Shown piece after piece: positions 1 to 9,354 of a DNA stretch of 64,000 nucleotides (positions are counted from its first letter, which is position 1; every line of letters starts with the position of its first letter). The notes beneath the pieces were generated by a model. It did not search any database, had not been told where the DNA came from, and was given only the letters and a program-made list of their open reading frames with translations. The stretch spans positions 263,085 through 327,084 of the forward strand of contig CAYGVI010000003.1 in the NCBI GenBank assembly GCA_964353335.1, read 5' to 3'. The stretch comes from an uncultured Methanosarcinales archaeon (lineage in GTDB: Archaea > Nanobdellota > Nanobdellia > Woesearchaeales > ARS49). The translations under genes and the position numbers were made by a program.

Positions 1-159
1 ATTTTTTGCAATATCAGGCTTGCCGGCACTCCCTGCAAAACCTGCTGGTGCATAACCTCTACAAATTCAGGCTGTGACAAGGATGCTAGAAGCTCTGGCT
101 TGACGAGCACTTGCTGGCTTAGGAGATATTTTACAATTTCCTTTTTTTGTGTGTCTGTG

Positions 160-1389
160 TCAGGATTCATTTGGGGATGTCAGCGCGAACTCTTCGGCGA
201 GAGTCTGAAGGATTTGGGGGGTTAGCTCGTCATTTGTTGAAACCGAGATTTCCCTTGTCCTCCCATAGCGTCCCTTTGAGATGACCTTGGCGTTTATGAT
301 GCCAAGCATGTCAAGCTCGCCGATGATGTCCGAGATTCTGCGTTGGGTAAGCGGCCTTAGGCCGACCCTGCTGCAGAGCGACTGGTAAAGGTCATACACC
401 TCCCCGGTGAAGACCTGTTCTTTTTTCTTTGAGCAAATTGAGTAAATTGAGTAGAGTGCAGCCTGATATTGCTGGGGCTGGGTCTTGATAATCTCAAAAA
501 TCCTGTCTGTTTCTATCTTGTGCTCTGCGTGGTCAAGGTGATCTGTTGTGACTTTTGACAAGCCTGCGCGTTCAGAGAGCTCTGCCGCGACCCTGAGAAG
601 CTCTATTGCCCTTCTCGCGTCTCCGTGGTCACGGGCTGCAAAAGCAGCGCATTTTTCTATCAGCCCAGGAGTTATCGCTCCGTGGACAAATGCCTCTTCT
701 GAGCGCTGCTTCAGTATGTCCTGCAGCTGCAGGGCATTATATGGCGGGAAGAAAAGCTCTTCCTGTGACAATGAGCTCTTGACTCTTGGGTCAAGCACGT
801 TTATGAAATTGGTGTTGTTTGAAATTCCGATGATTGAAATCTGGGCTTTCTTGAGCTCTGTGTTGATTCTTGTGAGATTGTAAAGCATGTCGTCGCCCTC
901 TTTGTCCATCAGCTGGTCAATTTCGTCAAGAACAAGGAGGATGATTTGCTTCTTTGTGTCAACAGCCCTTAGGAAGGCCGCATAAATTTCCTCTGTTGGA
1001 AGCCCTGTTATCGGCAGGTTTGCATTGAATTTTTCCCTTGTGATGTGGGCTATGAGCCTGTACTGGGTGTCTGCGACTTTCTTCATCTTGCAGTTTATGT
1101 AAACAGGCACTATTGGGACTTCCCTGCCTGAGGCTACTTTTGCCAGGTTTTCAACAGTGTGCTGTGCAACAAGCGTTTTTCCTGTTCCTGTCTTGCCATA
1201 AATAAAAACATTGGATGGTTTTTCACCGCGCAGGCTCGGAGCCAAAATTGTGGCCAGGCTGTTGATTTGCGCTTCCCTGTGCGGTATTGTGTCAGGATTG
1301 AAATTAGACTGAAGAACTGCCTTGTTCTTGAACATTGATTTTCTGTCCAAGTACTTCTCAAAAAAATCTACCAACCCCTTTTCCTGCAT
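160..1389 (-). CDS. cdc6: Orc1/Cdc6 replication initiator (AAA+ ATPase with C-terminal winged helix)
   Basis: 409 aa; Walker A 'GKTGTGKT', Walker B 'LVLDEIDQL', sensor motifs, C-terminal wH domain; sits next to an AT-rich intergenic region as is typical for archaeal origins. Confidence 0.9.
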   Translation of the reverse strand: MQEKGLVDFFEKYLDRKSMFKNKAVLQSNFNPDTIPHREAQINSLATILAPSLRGEKPSNVFIYGKTGTGKTLVAQHTVENLAKVASGREVPIVPVYINCKMKKVADTQYRLIAHITREKFNANLPITGLPTEEIYAAFLRAVDTKKQIILLVLDEIDQLMDKEGDDMLYNLTRINTELKKAQISIIGISNNTNFINVLDPRVKSSLSQEELFFPPYNALQLQDILKQRSEEAFVHGAITPGLIEKCAAFAARDHGDARRAIELLRVAAELSERAGLSKVTTDHLDHAEHKIETDRIFEIIKTQPQQYQAALYSIYSICSKKKEQVFTGEVYDLYQSLCSRVGLRPLTQRRISDIIGELDMLGIINAKVISKGRYGRTREISVSTNDELTPQILQTLAEEFALTSPNES

Positions 1390-1850
1390 CTCAAAGTTCC
1401 AAGTGAAACGCAGGTATTTATACTTTTCTTTTGGGTAGACTGTATATCACACCCCATCGTTTCTTATGGAGAAATGGAAGTATTGGTTGTGTTGTATGTA
1501 TGTATTGTATAGTAAAATATGTATATTATGTAGTATTTGTTCGTGAAGCGAGGTTTTATATATTATTTATTATCTTTCTATATAATAAATAATAATGTAT
1601 TTAAAAACAACTCAAAAACACATATTTAAAAATAACTACTACAATATACCTATTATAAACAAATAAAACACGCATTCGACGATAAAAATGATGCTTTCCA
1701 AAGGAACTGGTGGGGTCACCCTTCGCCGTCTTAATTGTTGCTACTCCTCGATACTAAAAAATCAAAAGCTTTATATAGCGCACACTCCTACTCAGGAGTA
1801 ACAAATCAAAGAATGGAACCACAAATAATTAACCAAGGGGGCTCTCAAAA
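1390..1850. other. Candidate replication origin (oriC): AT-rich unwinding region flanked by ORB-like boxes
   Basis: Intergenic region adjacent to orc1/cdc6. 'gTTCCAaGTGAAAC' at ~1400 and 'TTTCCAAAGGAACTGGTGGGG' at ~1698 resemble the archaeal ORB core TTCCAGTGGAAAC plus G-string. Between them lies a ~200 bp stretch >80% AT with short TGTAT/TATAT repeats (1490-1680). Confidence 0.5.
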
Positions 1851-2654
1851 ATGATAGTTCAAAGGGATTTTTTGAATAAACTCAAGGATTTCGGACTGAA
1901 CAGTTACGAAGCAAAATTGTGGACCGCACTTCTTTCCCGTGGTGTTGCAACCGCAGGAGAACTTTCTGACATTGCAAACGTGCCAAGATCGCGTTCTTAT
2001 GACGTTTTGGAGAGCCTTGAGAGGAAGGGATTTGTTGTGATGAAGCTCGGCAAGCCAATCAAGTATATTGCGATTCCTCCTGCTGAAGTCCTTGAAAGGG
2101 TCAAGAAAAATGTTTCTGAGGAAGCAGGCAAGCAGGTTCAGTTGATTGAAAGCTTGAAAGGAAGCGAAGTCCTTGGCGACTTGAACACCTTGCACAAGCA
2201 GGGTGTTGAGCTCGTCGACCCGGCTGATTTGACTGGCGCAGTAAAGGGCCGCTCAAACCTTAACAGCCACCTTGCAGCCATGATTAAGGGCGCTGAGAAG
2301 TCTGTATCGATAATTACAACCGAGCAGGGCATGGTCAGGAAGCTCGAGTCATTGGGTAATGTTCTTTCGAAGGCAAAAGAGCGCGGCGTTAGGATACGCA
2401 TTGCCGCGCCTGTCACAAAAGTTTCACAGGCAGCTGCAAAGGCATTGTCTGCGCACGCGCAAATCAGGCACATTGATGATGTCAAGGCAAGGTTTGTTGT
2501 TATTGACGGCAAGAGCGCCACAGTGATGGTCCTTGACGACGCAACCACACACCCAAGCTATGACTTCGGCGTCTGGGTTAACACAGAATTTTTTGCCAAA
2601 TCCTTTGAGAACATCTTCAACACACTCTGGGACAACGGCAAAGCTGTTAAGTAA
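1851..2654 (+). CDS. TrmB-family transcriptional regulator (wHTH N-terminus plus C-terminal effector domain), paralog 1
   Basis: 267 aa; N-terminal 'YEAKLWTALLSRGVATAGELSDIANVPRSRSYDVLESLERKGFV' typical of the TrmB wHTH; strong RBS 'aaggggg' upstream; close paralog at 24769. Confidence 0.75.
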   Translation: MIVQRDFLNKLKDFGLNSYEAKLWTALLSRGVATAGELSDIANVPRSRSYDVLESLERKGFVVMKLGKPIKYIAIPPAEVLERVKKNVSEEAGKQVQLIESLKGSEVLGDLNTLHKQGVELVDPADLTGAVKGRSNLNSHLAAMIKGAEKSVSIITTEQGMVRKLESLGNVLSKAKERGVRIRIAAPVTKVSQAAAKALSAHAQIRHIDDVKARFVVIDGKSATVMVLDDATTHPSYDFGVWVNTEFFAKSFENIFNTLWDNGKAVK

Positions 2655-2716
2655 ACCCAAACCTTTTTATACTCTTTTAAGTCAGTTTTCTGTATTATTA
2701 TCAATAAACGAGGTGG

Positions 2717-2920
2717 ATGATTATGGCTGTCGATGATATGGTTTTGAGGATTACTCTTGCTGTTATTGTGGGAACGCTTGCGGCGATTGTTTACTGTATC
2801 CGTGTGCTTATCCTGATGGAGCGACGTGTCGCAAGGATTGAAGAGCACATTGACAACATTGCCCACAAGATTCTTGTTGAAGAGCAAACCATAGAAAAAT
2901 CAATGCGCAGGAAGCGCTGA
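2717..2920 (+). CDS. Small single-TM membrane protein (hypothetical)
   Basis: 67 aa; one hydrophobic helix 'ITLAVIVGTLAAIVYCIRVLIL' followed by a charged tail; RBS-like 'gaggtgg' upstream. Confidence 0.3.
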   Translation: MIMAVDDMVLRITLAVIVGTLAAIVYCIRVLILMERRVARIEEHIDNIAHKILVEEQTIEKSMRRKR

Positions 2921-2928
2921 GGATTTTC

Positions 2929-3645
2929 ATGGCTCGCAACCCTGTATCGAGCCTCGCACACGCATATTTGGATGCTTTTTCAGAGCTGCTGCACAGCTGC
3001 AAGCCTGAAAGCGCAGTTGCAAAATTCTCAAAGCTTGTTGCCGGCAAAAAGCTTGACGCTATCAGCTCAAATGCGCTTTATTTTGTCACGCACCCGGCTA
3101 GCGGGAAAAACCTGAAAGAAGAGCTTCTCTCGAGGGCAAACCAGGCAAAAAAAGTGCTTGACGAATGCACCGGCCAGATGTCAGACTTTGCAAAGAAAAG
3201 AATGGCTAGCAAGACAGTGGTTGTCCACCCGCTGAGCACATTCAGCGCCCTGCTTTTGCGGGATGCAAAGGAAGTCCGCTTCACAAATGCTGACAATGAG
3301 GCAATAAAATTGCTTCCTGAGACAGACATGGATGTCCACCACCCGCTTACATCTTACACGGCTTTGGAAAACGCAGACCTTTTACTTCTTGAGCCGAGCG
3401 CAATAACAGCCAAGGGGGTGTTTGTGGAGCGCGGCGGAAGGATTCTCGCAGAGCTTGCCAGAGCCCGTGGAATGCCTGTTTATGCGCTGGCAACATCCTG
3501 GCACACCTCGCCGAACTGGAAGCCTGGCCAGACTGATGAGCACGTTCCTCAGGAGTTTTTGACAGGCATTATTTCAGAGCACGGCATTTACGAGCACAAC
3601 GAATTTTTGGCAAAAGTTCAGAAAGCGTTTCCGTGGATGCTTTAA
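2929..3645 (+). CDS. eIF-2B alpha/beta/delta-family-like protein (short form)
   Basis: 238 aa; Rossmann-like core 'KTVVVHPLSTFSALL...LLLLEPSAITAKGVFVERGGRILAELARARGMPVYALATSWH' resembles the IF-2B/MtnA family; shorter than canonical aIF-2B. Confidence 0.4.
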   Translation: MARNPVSSLAHAYLDAFSELLHSCKPESAVAKFSKLVAGKKLDAISSNALYFVTHPASGKNLKEELLSRANQAKKVLDECTGQMSDFAKKRMASKTVVVHPLSTFSALLLRDAKEVRFTNADNEAIKLLPETDMDVHHPLTSYTALENADLLLLEPSAITAKGVFVERGGRILAELARARGMPVYALATSWHTSPNWKPGQTDEHVPQEFLTGIISEHGIYEHNEFLAKVQKAFPWML

Positions 3646-4157
3646 TTCTTTACCTTTAATTCCTTCTCTAATTTTTGGAGCTCCTTTTCAAGCTCTTTTA
3701 TCCTTGGCAGGTTGTCTTCCTGCTGGAGGATTTCGCCGCATTCAGGGCACTTGTACTCGAATTCTGTTGCCTGGTCAAAGTCAAGGCGTATGCACTTGTT
3801 TGCGCAGGCGAAGAAATTGGTTGATTTCTCGCGGTGAAGGCGCTCTTTCAGCCTTTCTGCTTTTGTCTTTTTCAGGTTCCTCGCAATCTCCTTTATCCTC
3901 TTGGGGTTGAAAGTCCAGTAATAGATGTACCAGCCCTTTTTCTTATCCTTCTTGCGTATGAATGTGACAAGGTGGTGGTCATAAAGCCTGTAAAGCATGT
4001 TTCTTGTGAGGTTTATTTCCTTCTTTATCGAGTCAGCCAGCTTAAATTCAGAAATGTTCTTCTTGTTCTTCAGCGACCTGACTAATGGCCACACATCAGG
4101 TCCTGCGACTTCTGCAATGACGTCCTGGAGAAGCTTGTCAGATGCTTTCATCTTCAT
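3642..4157 (-). CDS. tfe: Transcription factor E (TFE, TFIIE-alpha homolog)
   Basis: 171 aa; N-terminal winged helix, C-terminal zinc ribbon 'CANKC...CPECG', Lys/Glu-rich tail. Confidence 0.8.
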   Translation of the reverse strand: MKMKASDKLLQDVIAEVAGPDVWPLVRSLKNKKNISEFKLADSIKKEINLTRNMLYRLYDHHLVTFIRKKDKKKGWYIYYWTFNPKRIKEIARNLKKTKAERLKERLHREKSTNFFACANKCIRLDFDQATEFEYKCPECGEILQQEDNLPRIKELEKELQKLEKELKVKN

Positions 4158-4178
4158 TCAAAAACGTTTGCCTGCTGT

Positions 4179-4580
4179 TTATATACCTTTCGCTGCGCTG
4201 AGCAATGCGTCAAGCAGCCTTCCGCTTTCCAGTGCAAGCTTCTTGCTCACCACGAACTGGGAGACTGTGACGTCAAGCTCGTCAGGATGCAGGAATCTCC
4301 ATTCTTCGCGCGCAAAACGGACAGCGATGTATGGCTCTGCGCCTGTTATTTTGGCATACTCTTTCAGGTCGTCGACTTCCTCTTTTGTCAAATACTGGCT
4401 GTCACTTTTTGTGGTCTTGCATTCTATCGCGAGCATCCTGTTGTTTTTTGAGGCGAGAATGTCAGGGACAGGGTATTTTATGCTTCCTGAGCCGGCAACT
4501 CTTGACGCAGCCCATTCTTTTGCCCAGAACAAGTGCACCAATTCCCTTTCTGCGCCTGTTCCTTTTGTTTTTGCGCCCAT
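4179..4580 (-). CDS. hjc: Holliday junction resolvase Hjc
   Basis: 133 aa; 'GAERELVHLFWAKEWAASRVAGSG...PDILASKNNRMLAIECKTT' matches the Hjc nuclease fold and catalytic E..PD..ExK arrangement. Confidence 0.85.
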   Translation of the reverse strand: MGAKTKGTGAERELVHLFWAKEWAASRVAGSGSIKYPVPDILASKNNRMLAIECKTTKSDSQYLTKEEVDDLKEYAKITGAEPYIAVRFAREEWRFLHPDELDVTVSQFVVSKKLALESGRLLDALLSAAKGI

Positions 4581-4645
4581 ACTATTCTCGTTTGGCGCAA
4601 TGTTTATATATAATTTCCCTTCATTTGCAAAAATGGGGTGATTTT

Positions 4646-4867
4646 ATGGCGCAAACATCAAAAAGACTCATTCCTCTGGCTGCAATGGAGAAAATAATCA
4701 AGACTGCAGGCGCAGAGCGAGTTTCAGACAAGGCAAAGGCGGCTCTTAAGGAGGTTCTTGAGGAATATGCCGAGAAAATGGCCCAGAGCGCAGTCAAGCT
4801 TGCAATGCACGCAGGAAGAAAAACAGTCAAGGCAAGTGATATAAAACTGGCGGCAAAGCCTGCATGA
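4646..4867 (+). CDS. Archaeal histone (HMf-like histone fold)
   Basis: 73 aa from the internal ATG at 4646 (in frame with ORF 4331..4867); 'LPLAAMEKIIKTAGAERVSDKAKAALKEVLEEYAEKMAQSAVKLAMHAGRKTVKASDIKLAA' is a typical archaeal histone fold. Confidence 0.8.
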   Translation: MAQTSKRLIPLAAMEKIIKTAGAERVSDKAKAALKEVLEEYAEKMAQSAVKLAMHAGRKTVKASDIKLAAKPA

Positions 4868-4923
4868 GACCGCAGTTGAATGCAGGCCAGCCAACATCAG
4901 TTGGCGCTGCCGGCGTGAATCAA

Positions 4924-5532
4924 ATGAAAACTTTCCTCACTTTTATTTGCATACTTTTGCTTGTTTTTTCCATAGGCTGTTCAAAGCAGGAGGCAACAGC
5001 GCCTATTGTTGCGCCGGCAGAGCCGACAGCACCAGTAGAGCCTGCAGTGCCAGTTGCTCCTGTTCAAGAACCACAGCCAGCGGCACAACCCGCTGCGCCT
5101 GAGCCACAGCCGGCAGCGCAGCCAGCGCCAATCGCGACAAGTACTGCCGCCCTGATAAGCAACTGGTCTCTTGAAGAACAGTATATTTGGGATATAGTCA
5201 CAAACCAATGGGCTCCTGGAATATTCCTTGAAGATGGCACTGTAACCGCAATACCCCCTGAGCCGATTATAATGGAAATCCTGGGCGGAGCTAACACTGA
5301 CTGGTGTCCTGATGCAAAGCCGGAAAGCGGGGTAGAATATGTAACACTTGTCCCTGGCGGCTGCTGGAAAGTTGCAGGAAACACAATGACAGAAATTGAC
5401 CTGCCTCCTGAAGCAGGCACTGGCTCAATGAACTGGCAGATAAAGGACTCAAAGCTTGAAATGGACATCACTTTCAAGGAACCCGACGGCGCAGTAAACC
5501 GCAACAAGGCAGTCCTTTTGGCGTTGCGATAA
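4924..5532 (+). CDS. Secreted lipoprotein with Pro/Ala-rich linker (hypothetical)
   Basis: Start at internal ATG 4924 'MKTFLTFICILLLVFSIGC' (signal peptide plus lipobox-like Cys), then an (AP/EP/QP)n linker and a globular C-terminal domain. Confidence 0.5.
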   Translation: MKTFLTFICILLLVFSIGCSKQEATAPIVAPAEPTAPVEPAVPVAPVQEPQPAAQPAAPEPQPAAQPAPIATSTAALISNWSLEEQYIWDIVTNQWAPGIFLEDGTVTAIPPEPIIMEILGGANTDWCPDAKPESGVEYVTLVPGGCWKVAGNTMTEIDLPPEAGTGSMNWQIKDSKLEMDITFKEPDGAVNRNKAVLLALR

Positions 5533-5679
5533 TATCACGCAACGTTTTGGTCAGTTTCAACAGGCTCTTCAGAAACAGGGGGCTGTGGAAAATTATCCTC
5601 TTTAGGCTTCCTGAGAGATATCCGCATTTCAACAATGATAAAGCGCTCAGGCTATTTAAAATTTGTTATATAAATTCAA

Positions 5680-6465
5680 TTATCCGCCTGCGCTGGTGTA
5701 TTTTCTTATCGTGCTGTGCCAGGCCCACAAAGCAAGGACAAACAGCACAACAACAGGCATAATGACTCCTGCCATGCCAAGCGGCGTCATTCCGCGCAGC
5801 AATGCCTCGACAGGGTAAAACGAGCTTACTGCAACCGGAAACAGGAATGTGAGCGCGAACTGCAGTCCAACTCCGTAAACTGTCAAAGGATACCTTGCAA
5901 AGTCAGCCAGCTTCATGTAAAGTATGACAAGAGACTCATTCTTGACTGCGATGAAGCTTCCTGCAGTGATTAATGTTATGACTGCGAACTGGAAAAGCAC
6001 TCCTGCGCCCATCAGCACCAAATACATTGCAAATCCAAGGCTTAGCGCGCTTATGTGCAGCTTTGTCATCGTGTAGATTATTATGCCTACTCCAAGAATT
6101 GCCTCAAAAAAGCCATTCCAGTCAATGCCCATTGCCATCAGGTAGAGCCAGGAATTGTACGGCTTGAGCAAATACTTGTCAAACTCCCCGCGGTTGATTG
6201 CTTCAAATGCCTTCCAGAAAAAATCACCTGTTAAAGCCCTTCCAACGCCGTAAACAAAGATGAGCGTCCCCTGGAACAGCAAAAACTGGTCAAAAGTCCA
6301 GCCTGGAATGCCGACTGTTGTGCCGTAAATTATAAGCGCGAGCATTGGTCCGATAAGGTCGTTTATCACCATTCCGCACATCATGATAATGAAGTTTGCT
6401 TTGTATGCAAGTTCCTTGTTCAGGTAAATCTGCGCTGTTTTTGCCGCGAGTGTGAAGTATTTCAT
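5680..6465 (-). CDS. ABC-2 type transporter permease
   Basis: Likely start 'MKYFTLAAKT' (ATGA overlap with the upstream permease); ~6 TM helices; follows the ABC ATPase and a first permease in the same operon. Confidence 0.6.
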   Translation of the reverse strand: MKYFTLAAKTAQIYLNKELAYKANFIIMMCGMVINDLIGPMLALIIYGTTVGIPGWTFDQFLLFQGTLIFVYGVGRALTGDFFWKAFEAINRGEFDKYLLKPYNSWLYLMAMGIDWNGFFEAILGVGIIIYTMTKLHISALSLGFAMYLVLMGAGVLFQFAVITLITAGSFIAVKNESLVILYMKLADFARYPLTVYGVGLQFALTFLFPVAVSSFYPVEALLRGMTPLGMAGVIMPVVVLFVLALWAWHSTIRKYTSAGG

Positions 6466-7253
6466 AGTCCCACGCTCACAAAACGCCTTACTGCCTGCTT
6501 TGTGACAAAGTGTATGATTGTGTAAAGCACCACAACCCATGCAAGCTGAATGAGCAATGACTGCACAAGAGGCGCCCTTTGCAGGTAAATCAGGATTGGC
6601 ACTGACCTTGCGTATTCAAACGGCAAAAACTTTGAGACTGCCTGCACTCCTGCTGGGAAAAACGCAAGAGGAATAAAGCTTCCTCCAAGGAATGCGATTA
6701 GTGTCCTTCTGACGCGCCTTAATCCTGTAATGCGCCTCATCCAGAACGCGCCAAGCCCGAGCAGGTATGCCATTCCAAAGTAAATCAGGAAAGCAAGCAC
6801 AAGTGAAGCTACAAATGCCGCAAGGTTTGCTATCGGAGCCATTGGCAGTCCGAAGAACAAAAGCCCGATCAGGAACACAGGAATCATCTGGCTCACAATA
6901 TTGTACGCGTTTATCCCCATTTCAAAGCTTAAATACCAGGGAGTGAGCCCTATTGGTTTCAGCATTCCCCTCGCCATCCAGCCATTAATCAGGTCGCTTT
7001 CCATCCACTTGTCAACCTCAGACCATGTTACAAATCCAACTATCATGGAGAGTACGTAATAGCTTACCATGTCAGGAAAAGTGAATCCGCGAATCATAGG
7101 CGCGCCTGTGTAAGCAAAAACAGATTTCCACAAAAAGTAATAGATGACCAGCGAGATTGGAGTTGTGATTACCGAAGCTATTGCCTCCCAGCGGTAGCGC
7201 GTGGCTATCTTGATTCCGCTGTTCGCCAGTCCGATATGGTGGTGTATGTTCAT
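6462..7253 (-). CDS. ABC-2 type transporter permease
   Basis: 263 aa polytopic membrane protein; start overlaps the ATPase stop. Confidence 0.6.
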   Translation of the reverse strand: MNIHHHIGLANSGIKIATRYRWEAIASVITTPISLVIYYFLWKSVFAYTGAPMIRGFTFPDMVSYYVLSMIVGFVTWSEVDKWMESDLINGWMARGMLKPIGLTPWYLSFEMGINAYNIVSQMIPVFLIGLLFFGLPMAPIANLAAFVASLVLAFLIYFGMAYLLGLGAFWMRRITGLRRVRRTLIAFLGGSFIPLAFFPAGVQAVSKFLPFEYARSVPILIYLQRAPLVQSLLIQLAWVVVLYTIIHFVTKQAVRRFVSVGL

Positions 7254-8227
7254 GTTTTGTAAATCTTGGTGATTATTTCCTCAATTGGCGGGTCAGCAAC
7301 TATTATGTCTGCAACTTCAAAGTTCTTCAGCAGGTAGGTGATAAGGTCCTGGATTTTTGCCTTGCGCGTGTCCAGCTCAAGCATCAGGTCATAGTCGCGC
7401 TGTTCTATCACTTTGCAGCCCTTGAACTTGAACTGCTTTGCTTTTTCCGCGAGCTTTACCTCTATGTGCTTGTCAGTGAAGTACTTCTTCCTGATTTCCT
7501 CCAGGGGGCCGTCATAAATGATTTTGCCGTGGTTGATTATTATGACCCTGTCGCACAGGCGCTCAATATCCTGCATATCATGAGTCGTGACTATGAATGT
7601 TGTTTTTTGTTCCTTGTTCAGGCTCAGGATGAAGTCCCTGAGCTTTTCCTTTGCGATGATGTCAAGCCCGATTGATGGCTCGTCAAGGAATACAAGGCGC
7701 GGGTTGTGGAGCAGTGCCTGGATTATTTCGCATCTCATTCGTTCTCCAAGGCTTAAGTCCCTCACAGGTGTCTTTGCTATTTGTTCTGCCTCGAGCAGTT
7801 TGGTTAGCTTGTGCATCCTTTTTTCAAATTCCTTTGGTGGAACATCATAAAGGTCCCTGTGCAGGTAAAATGTGTCAACAGGAGGAAGGTCCCAGAACAG
7901 GCTTGTTTTCTGCCCAAAGACAGCGCCGATGTTCTTAACATACTTTACCCTGTCTTTCCAGGGCTGCATGCCCATTACATTTGCGTCTCCGCTGTCAGGC
8001 CAGAGGAGCCCGCAGAGTATCTTGAGCGCTGTGCTCTTTCCTGCGCCGTTTGGGCCTATGAGTCCGACTATTTCGCCTTCCTTGATGTCAAAGCTGATTC
8101 CTTTCAGGGCCTGCTTGTACTCTATTTTGGGCTTCAGGAAGCTCTTGAAAGCCGCGACAAGCCCCTGCCCTCGTTTGACTGTCTTGAACTGCTTCTTCAG
8201 GTCCTTTACTTGGATTATGTTTGTCAT
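7250..8227 (-). CDS. ABC transporter ATP-binding protein
   Basis: 325 aa; Walker A 'GPNGAGKST', signature 'LSLGERMR', Walker B 'LVFLDEPS', H-loop 'TTHDM'. Confidence 0.85.
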   Translation of the reverse strand: MTNIIQVKDLKKQFKTVKRGQGLVAAFKSFLKPKIEYKQALKGISFDIKEGEIVGLIGPNGAGKSTALKILCGLLWPDSGDANVMGMQPWKDRVKYVKNIGAVFGQKTSLFWDLPPVDTFYLHRDLYDVPPKEFEKRMHKLTKLLEAEQIAKTPVRDLSLGERMRCEIIQALLHNPRLVFLDEPSIGLDIIAKEKLRDFILSLNKEQKTTFIVTTHDMQDIERLCDRVIIINHGKIIYDGPLEEIRKKYFTDKHIEVKLAEKAKQFKFKGCKVIEQRDYDLMLELDTRKAKIQDLITYLLKNFEVADIIVADPPIEEIITKIYKT

Positions 8228-8391
8228 TTTGTGTGTGCCTCGCGCTTGTGTGCTGTTAAACTTTTAGTACTCCCAGCCAGGTATCACTGGAAGACTAGCG
8301 ATGTAAATAGAAAAACACAGAGCCAATGCAACTATTGGTTTGAGCTCATAATGAACAGAAATAGGGCGTTATTTTTATGTTTTTCGGTTTT

Positions 8392-9288
8392 TCACAGCTT
8401 TATCTTCATCAAGTCCTTTGCTGCCTGCGTGTTATCAAAGATGTCCCTTGCATCCTGTTCGAGTTCTGTGATATCTTTGTACCTTGCTGAGAAGTGGATT
8501 AGTATGAGCTTTTTTGCGTTTGCCTGCGATGCGAGCTGTGCTGCTTCTTTTGCAGTCATGTGCGCGTACTGGTGCGCTTCGTCTGTGCGCTCGCTTGTGT
8601 AAGTTGATTCGCACATAACAATGTCAGCGTTTTCAGCGAGCTTTTGCGCCCCTGAGCACATTACTGAATCTGTTATGTATGCCACTTTCTTTCCTGGAAC
8701 TACCTCGCTGACCATATCAGGAGTAATCTTCTTTCCATTGACTGTCACAACATTGCCTTCCTGCAGTTTTCCAACCAGCGGCCCAAGAGGCACGCCGTGT
8801 TTCTTGAGCAGCTTGACATCCATTTTGCGCGTGTCATTCTCAATAAATGCGTATCCGACTGTGGGAACGCTGTGCTTTAATGGCGCGCACTCTACGCGGA
8901 AGTCATCTGTTTCAAGGATTGTTCCTGACTTGACCTCATGTACGCGGATGTCAATGTTTTTTGCGTACTCATACGCGCTGAAAATGTGCCCAAGGCGTTC
9001 TTTTGTGCCTGCAGGACCGTAAATTTCCATGGTTCCTGAATAATTGTAAAGTGTGAGCCCAAGGCTGAAAAGCAAACCAGGCAGTCCGATGACATGGTCT
9101 CCGTGCCAGTGAGTTATGAATATCCTTGTGACCTTTGACAGCGGTATTCCTGCTATTTTCATCTGCCTTTGCGTGCCTTCTCCGCAGTCAAACAGCAATC
9201 CCTCTGCCTTGTACTTCAAAAACACTGAAAGGACATTTCTCTCCTTGGTCGGCATTGAGCCTGCTGTTCCCAAAATTGTTATTTCCAT
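8392..9288 (-). CDS. rnz: Ribonuclease Z (tRNA 3' endonuclease, metallo-beta-lactamase fold)
   Basis: 298 aa; 'ITHWHGDH' zinc motif; 'MEITILGTAGSMPT' N-terminus typical of RNase Z. Confidence 0.85.
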   Translation of the reverse strand: MEITILGTAGSMPTKERNVLSVFLKYKAEGLLFDCGEGTQRQMKIAGIPLSKVTRIFITHWHGDHVIGLPGLLFSLGLTLYNYSGTMEIYGPAGTKERLGHIFSAYEYAKNIDIRVHEVKSGTILETDDFRVECAPLKHSVPTVGYAFIENDTRKMDVKLLKKHGVPLGPLVGKLQEGNVVTVNGKKITPDMVSEVVPGKKVAYITDSVMCSGAQKLAENADIVMCESTYTSERTDEAHQYAHMTAKEAAQLASQANAKKLILIHFSARYKDITELEQDARDIFDNTQAAKDLMKIKL

Positions 9289-9354
9289 ACGCGCAATTAC
9301 TGGGCAGACGATATTTAAACCTTTGCAAGAGCAAGGTTTTTAAACTGCCCGTCG

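Noticed and set aside
548-883. 111-aa ORF antisense to orc1/cdc6, and many similar 60-190 aa ORFs inside or antisense to strong genes (e.g. 1134..1361, 2138..2548, 10341..10724, 20446..20952, 27727..28293, 41999..42472)
   Set aside because: They lie entirely within well-supported longer genes on the other strand or frame. Their compositions are Ser/Arg/Cys- or Ala-rich, typical of shadow ORFs. They have no RBS or promoter context.
4331-4867. 178-aa reading of the histone ORF
   Set aside because: The N-terminal 105 codons overlap the hjc gene on the opposite strand. The histone fold starts at the ATG at 4646.
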